64,000 nt of DNA from Dehalococcoidia bacterium (GTDB lineage: Bacteria > Chloroflexota > Dehalococcoidia > UBA2979): the NCBI GenBank assembly GCA_965247895.1, contig OZ252046.1:3005282-3069281 (forward strand). The letters are read 5' to 3'. The position numbers and the translations under genes are program-made. This document shows positions 62,154 to 64,000 of this stretch, one piece after another. Each line of letters starts with the position of its first letter. The first letter of the stretch is position 1. Under the pieces are notes generated by a model. It worked only from the letters and a program-made list of their open reading frames with translations, searched no databases and was not told the DNA's origin.

Positions 62154-62169
62154 CCGGGCCCCTCGAGGG

Positions 62170-62970
62170 CTACTCGACGGGCGGCGGCGGGCCGTAGCGC
62201 TCGCGTGCGGCGGCGAAGCCGTGGGCGCGCGCGTAGTCGCCCCCGGTATGCCCGCTCTCCGAGCGTGAGATGAGGGTGTTCTGCGTGGCCGTGTAGCGCG
62301 CCACCGTGCGGAAGCCCATCTGGTCCTCCGCCTGGTTGATGGCGTGCTTCTTCAGCCGCAGCATCTCCACCGGCGACTTCGCGATCCAGGCGGCCAGCCG
62401 CTGCGTCTCCGCCTCGAGGCGCTCCGCCGGGAAGGCCTTCGCTGCGAAGCCCCACTCGACCGCCTCGACGCCGCTCAGCAGGCTGCCGCTGGTGAAGTTC
62501 ATCAACTTCGCTCGCTGCGCCCCGACGCGGAAGACCCACCAGTCCGCGATCCAGTCGTTCGGCCAGCCCGGCACGCCGATGCGCGCGTCCTCGGCGGCGA
62601 CGACGATGTCGCAGCAGATGGCCAGTTGCGTGGCGAGGCCGATGCAGTGCCCGTGCACCTGCGCGATCGTCGGCTTCGGCACGTCGCGCACGCGCAGCAT
62701 GAAGTCCTGCAGCCTCGTGACGCCGCGCTGCGCCGCCGCGAGTTCGTTGTTCACGCCGATGTTCGCCCTCACGTCCATCCCTGCGGAGAAGTCCGGCCCG
62801 TTCGCCTTGATCACGATCACGGATATCGAGTCGTCCTCGCCGGCGCGCGCGAGGCACTCATCCAGTTCGGCGCGCAACTGGTTGCCGAGGGCGTTGCGCT
62901 TCTCCGCGCGATTCAGCGTCAGCGTCGCCACCGCGTCGTTCTGCTCGTAGAGGACGTGTCGTTCGCTCAT
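62170..62970 (-). CDS. Enoyl-CoA hydratase/isomerase (crotonase) family protein
   Basis: I chose the ATG at 62970 (MSERHVLYEQNDAVATLTLNRAEKRNAL...). The track ORF extends spuriously to 63372. Confidence 0.85.
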   Translation of the reverse strand: MSERHVLYEQNDAVATLTLNRAEKRNALGNQLRAELDECLARAGEDDSISVIVIKANGPDFSAGMDVRANIGVNNELAAAQRGVTRLQDFMLRVRDVPKPTIAQVHGHCIGLATQLAICCDIVVAAEDARIGVPGWPNDWIADWWVFRVGAQRAKLMNFTSGSLLSGVEAVEWGFAAKAFPAERLEAETQRLAAWIAKSPVEMLRLKKHAINQAEDQMGFRTVARYTATQNTLISRSESGHTGGDYARAHGFAAARERYGPPPPVE

Positions 62971-63135
62971 GCTCTCTCGCTCCTGTCGGGCGCGCCTTCG
63001 CGGGAAGCCTAGCGTCTCGTGCGGCCTCGCGTCTGTCGCGAGGCGGGGTGAGCGCTCAGTAGACGGCGCGACCGCGGGAACCGCGCCCCCGGCGGTGGCG
63101 TCGTTAACCTTGAAGGGGCAGCAGGGAGGGGGGAT

Positions 63136-64000
63136 CATGTTGCTCGTGCGCTGCACGCCGCGTTCGCTGACGTTCCTGCTCGTCACCGGTCTCGCGCTCG
63201 CGCTGGCGGCGTGCACCGGCGCCCCGGGCGAGCGCCCCGCGCTCCCCGCGACGACGACCGCGACCGCGCCGCCCGCGCCAACCTCGACAGCAACGCCATC
63301 GGCGACGGCCACCGCGACGCCCACGCCCACGCCCTCGCGGACCGCGACAGCGACGCTATCGCCGACGGTCACCGCGACGCCGACGAACTTCCGCTACAAC
63401 CGCCTCGACACGACCGGCGCGGCGGGGATGGCGGGCAGCTACGCCTTCCTGACGACGGCCGGGGACGCGACGAGCGCGTTCGACACCCTCGGTGCGGTGC
63501 CGGCGGACAGCGTCGAACTGCGCATCCATCCGGTGGACGCAAGCGGAACATCCCGCGCGGCCTTTTACGACACGGTGAAGGTCGGTGAAAGCTTCGACTA
63601 CAGGACCAACGGACTCGAATGCGGTCTCCGCTTCAAGGTGACGAGTGTCGCGACTACAACGACTCCGACGTTCGGGCTCGAGTGGGTGTTCCTCTACGGG
63701 GGGTACTGCGAGGGTCTCGATGGCATGCCCGGCGCAGCCAGGGATGTGGAGTTCGTGTGGGGAGTTGGCCCGGGAATTCCGGATCCTGATGGGGTGAACG
63801 CGCTGCTTCGTAACGAGCCAGCGGGTGCGGGAACCTACCGTCTCTACGAAGGATCGCCTTACGTCATCGACGTGCCCACCGGCAAGCGGGTCACACTGAG
63901 CGGGTACTTGATCGTCAGCTACCGTGCTCGCGACCCCGGCATCTCGCCTGGCAATCCGCCGAACACCGCCATACGCCTCATCGACACCGACACGGGCTCT
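63136..64000 (+). CDS. Lipoprotein with a Thr/Pro/Ala-rich linker, 3' end outside the window (not in the supplied ORF track)
   Basis: ATG 63136 follows GGGAGGGGGG. It starts MLLVRCTPRSLTFLLVTGLALALAAC (lipobox). I translated the frame by hand and it stays open to nt 64000. Confidence 0.7.

Noticed and set aside
1-64000. A search for tRNA, rRNA or tmRNA genes in the intergenic gaps (looking for T-loop GGTTCGA-type motifs).
   Set aside because: No T-loop-like motif with a cloverleaf context was seen in any gap. This was a visual scan only, so a dedicated tool should confirm it.

Overview
This is a gene-dense chromosomal segment from a high-GC bacterium. My hand counts of sample 60-nt lines give roughly 70% GC. 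The gene content and the GGGAGAGGG-type intergenic hairpin repeats fit a Chloroflexota/Thermomicrobia-like or actinobacterial lineage, but I cannot assign it without a database search. I found no rRNA, tRNA or CRISPR array.

Core content, left to right:
- a peptide-type ABC importer (binding protein plus two permeases, the first with an apparent frameshift)
- a repeat-rich intergenic tract
- a CRTAC1/FG-GAP lipoprotein followed by a decayed IS110 transposase
- a pentose-phosphate cluster (fused transaldolase-PGI, short Gnd, ROK glucokinase)
- PPK2, a pair of M16 peptidases, DAHP synthase and a PduO-type adenosyltransferase
- LLM, SDR, EthD, CoA-transferase and crotonase genes
- a vapBC toxin-antitoxin pair and birA
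- a histidine operon: hisZ, a double-length hisG, an unknown ORF, hisD, hisC, hisB and hisN
- amt
- a 13.5-kb locus of three giant surface proteins (beta-propeller/SH3b lipoprotein; 6x CBM-like modules plus a lamin-tail domain; about 26 tandem Ig-like repeats)

Most interesting observations:
1. A translationally coupled DNA methyltransferase plus an unrecognised, lower-GC 262-aa ORF is wedged between hisB and hisN. It is a candidate R-M-like or defence module.
2. A possible leaderless His-rich leader peptide with terminator and antiterminator lies upstream of hisZ.
3. hisB carries an N-terminal HTH extension and has a 9-bp inverted repeat upstream.
4. hisG is a tandem-duplicated fusion whose first half looks catalytically degenerate.
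5. A ~5-kb low-GC island carries one giant GLUG/CARDB/FN3-like adhesin gene. The gene is broken by a 7-bp deletion and by an IS3 element with a clean 4-bp target duplication. The island is bracketed by duplicated SDR 3' ends.
6. Two further insertions are each flanked by a duplicated 3' end of the neighbouring gene (70 bp at tal-pgi/gnd, about 29 bp at the esterase gene).

Many very long antisense ORFs in the supplied track are GC-bias artefacts and were rejected.
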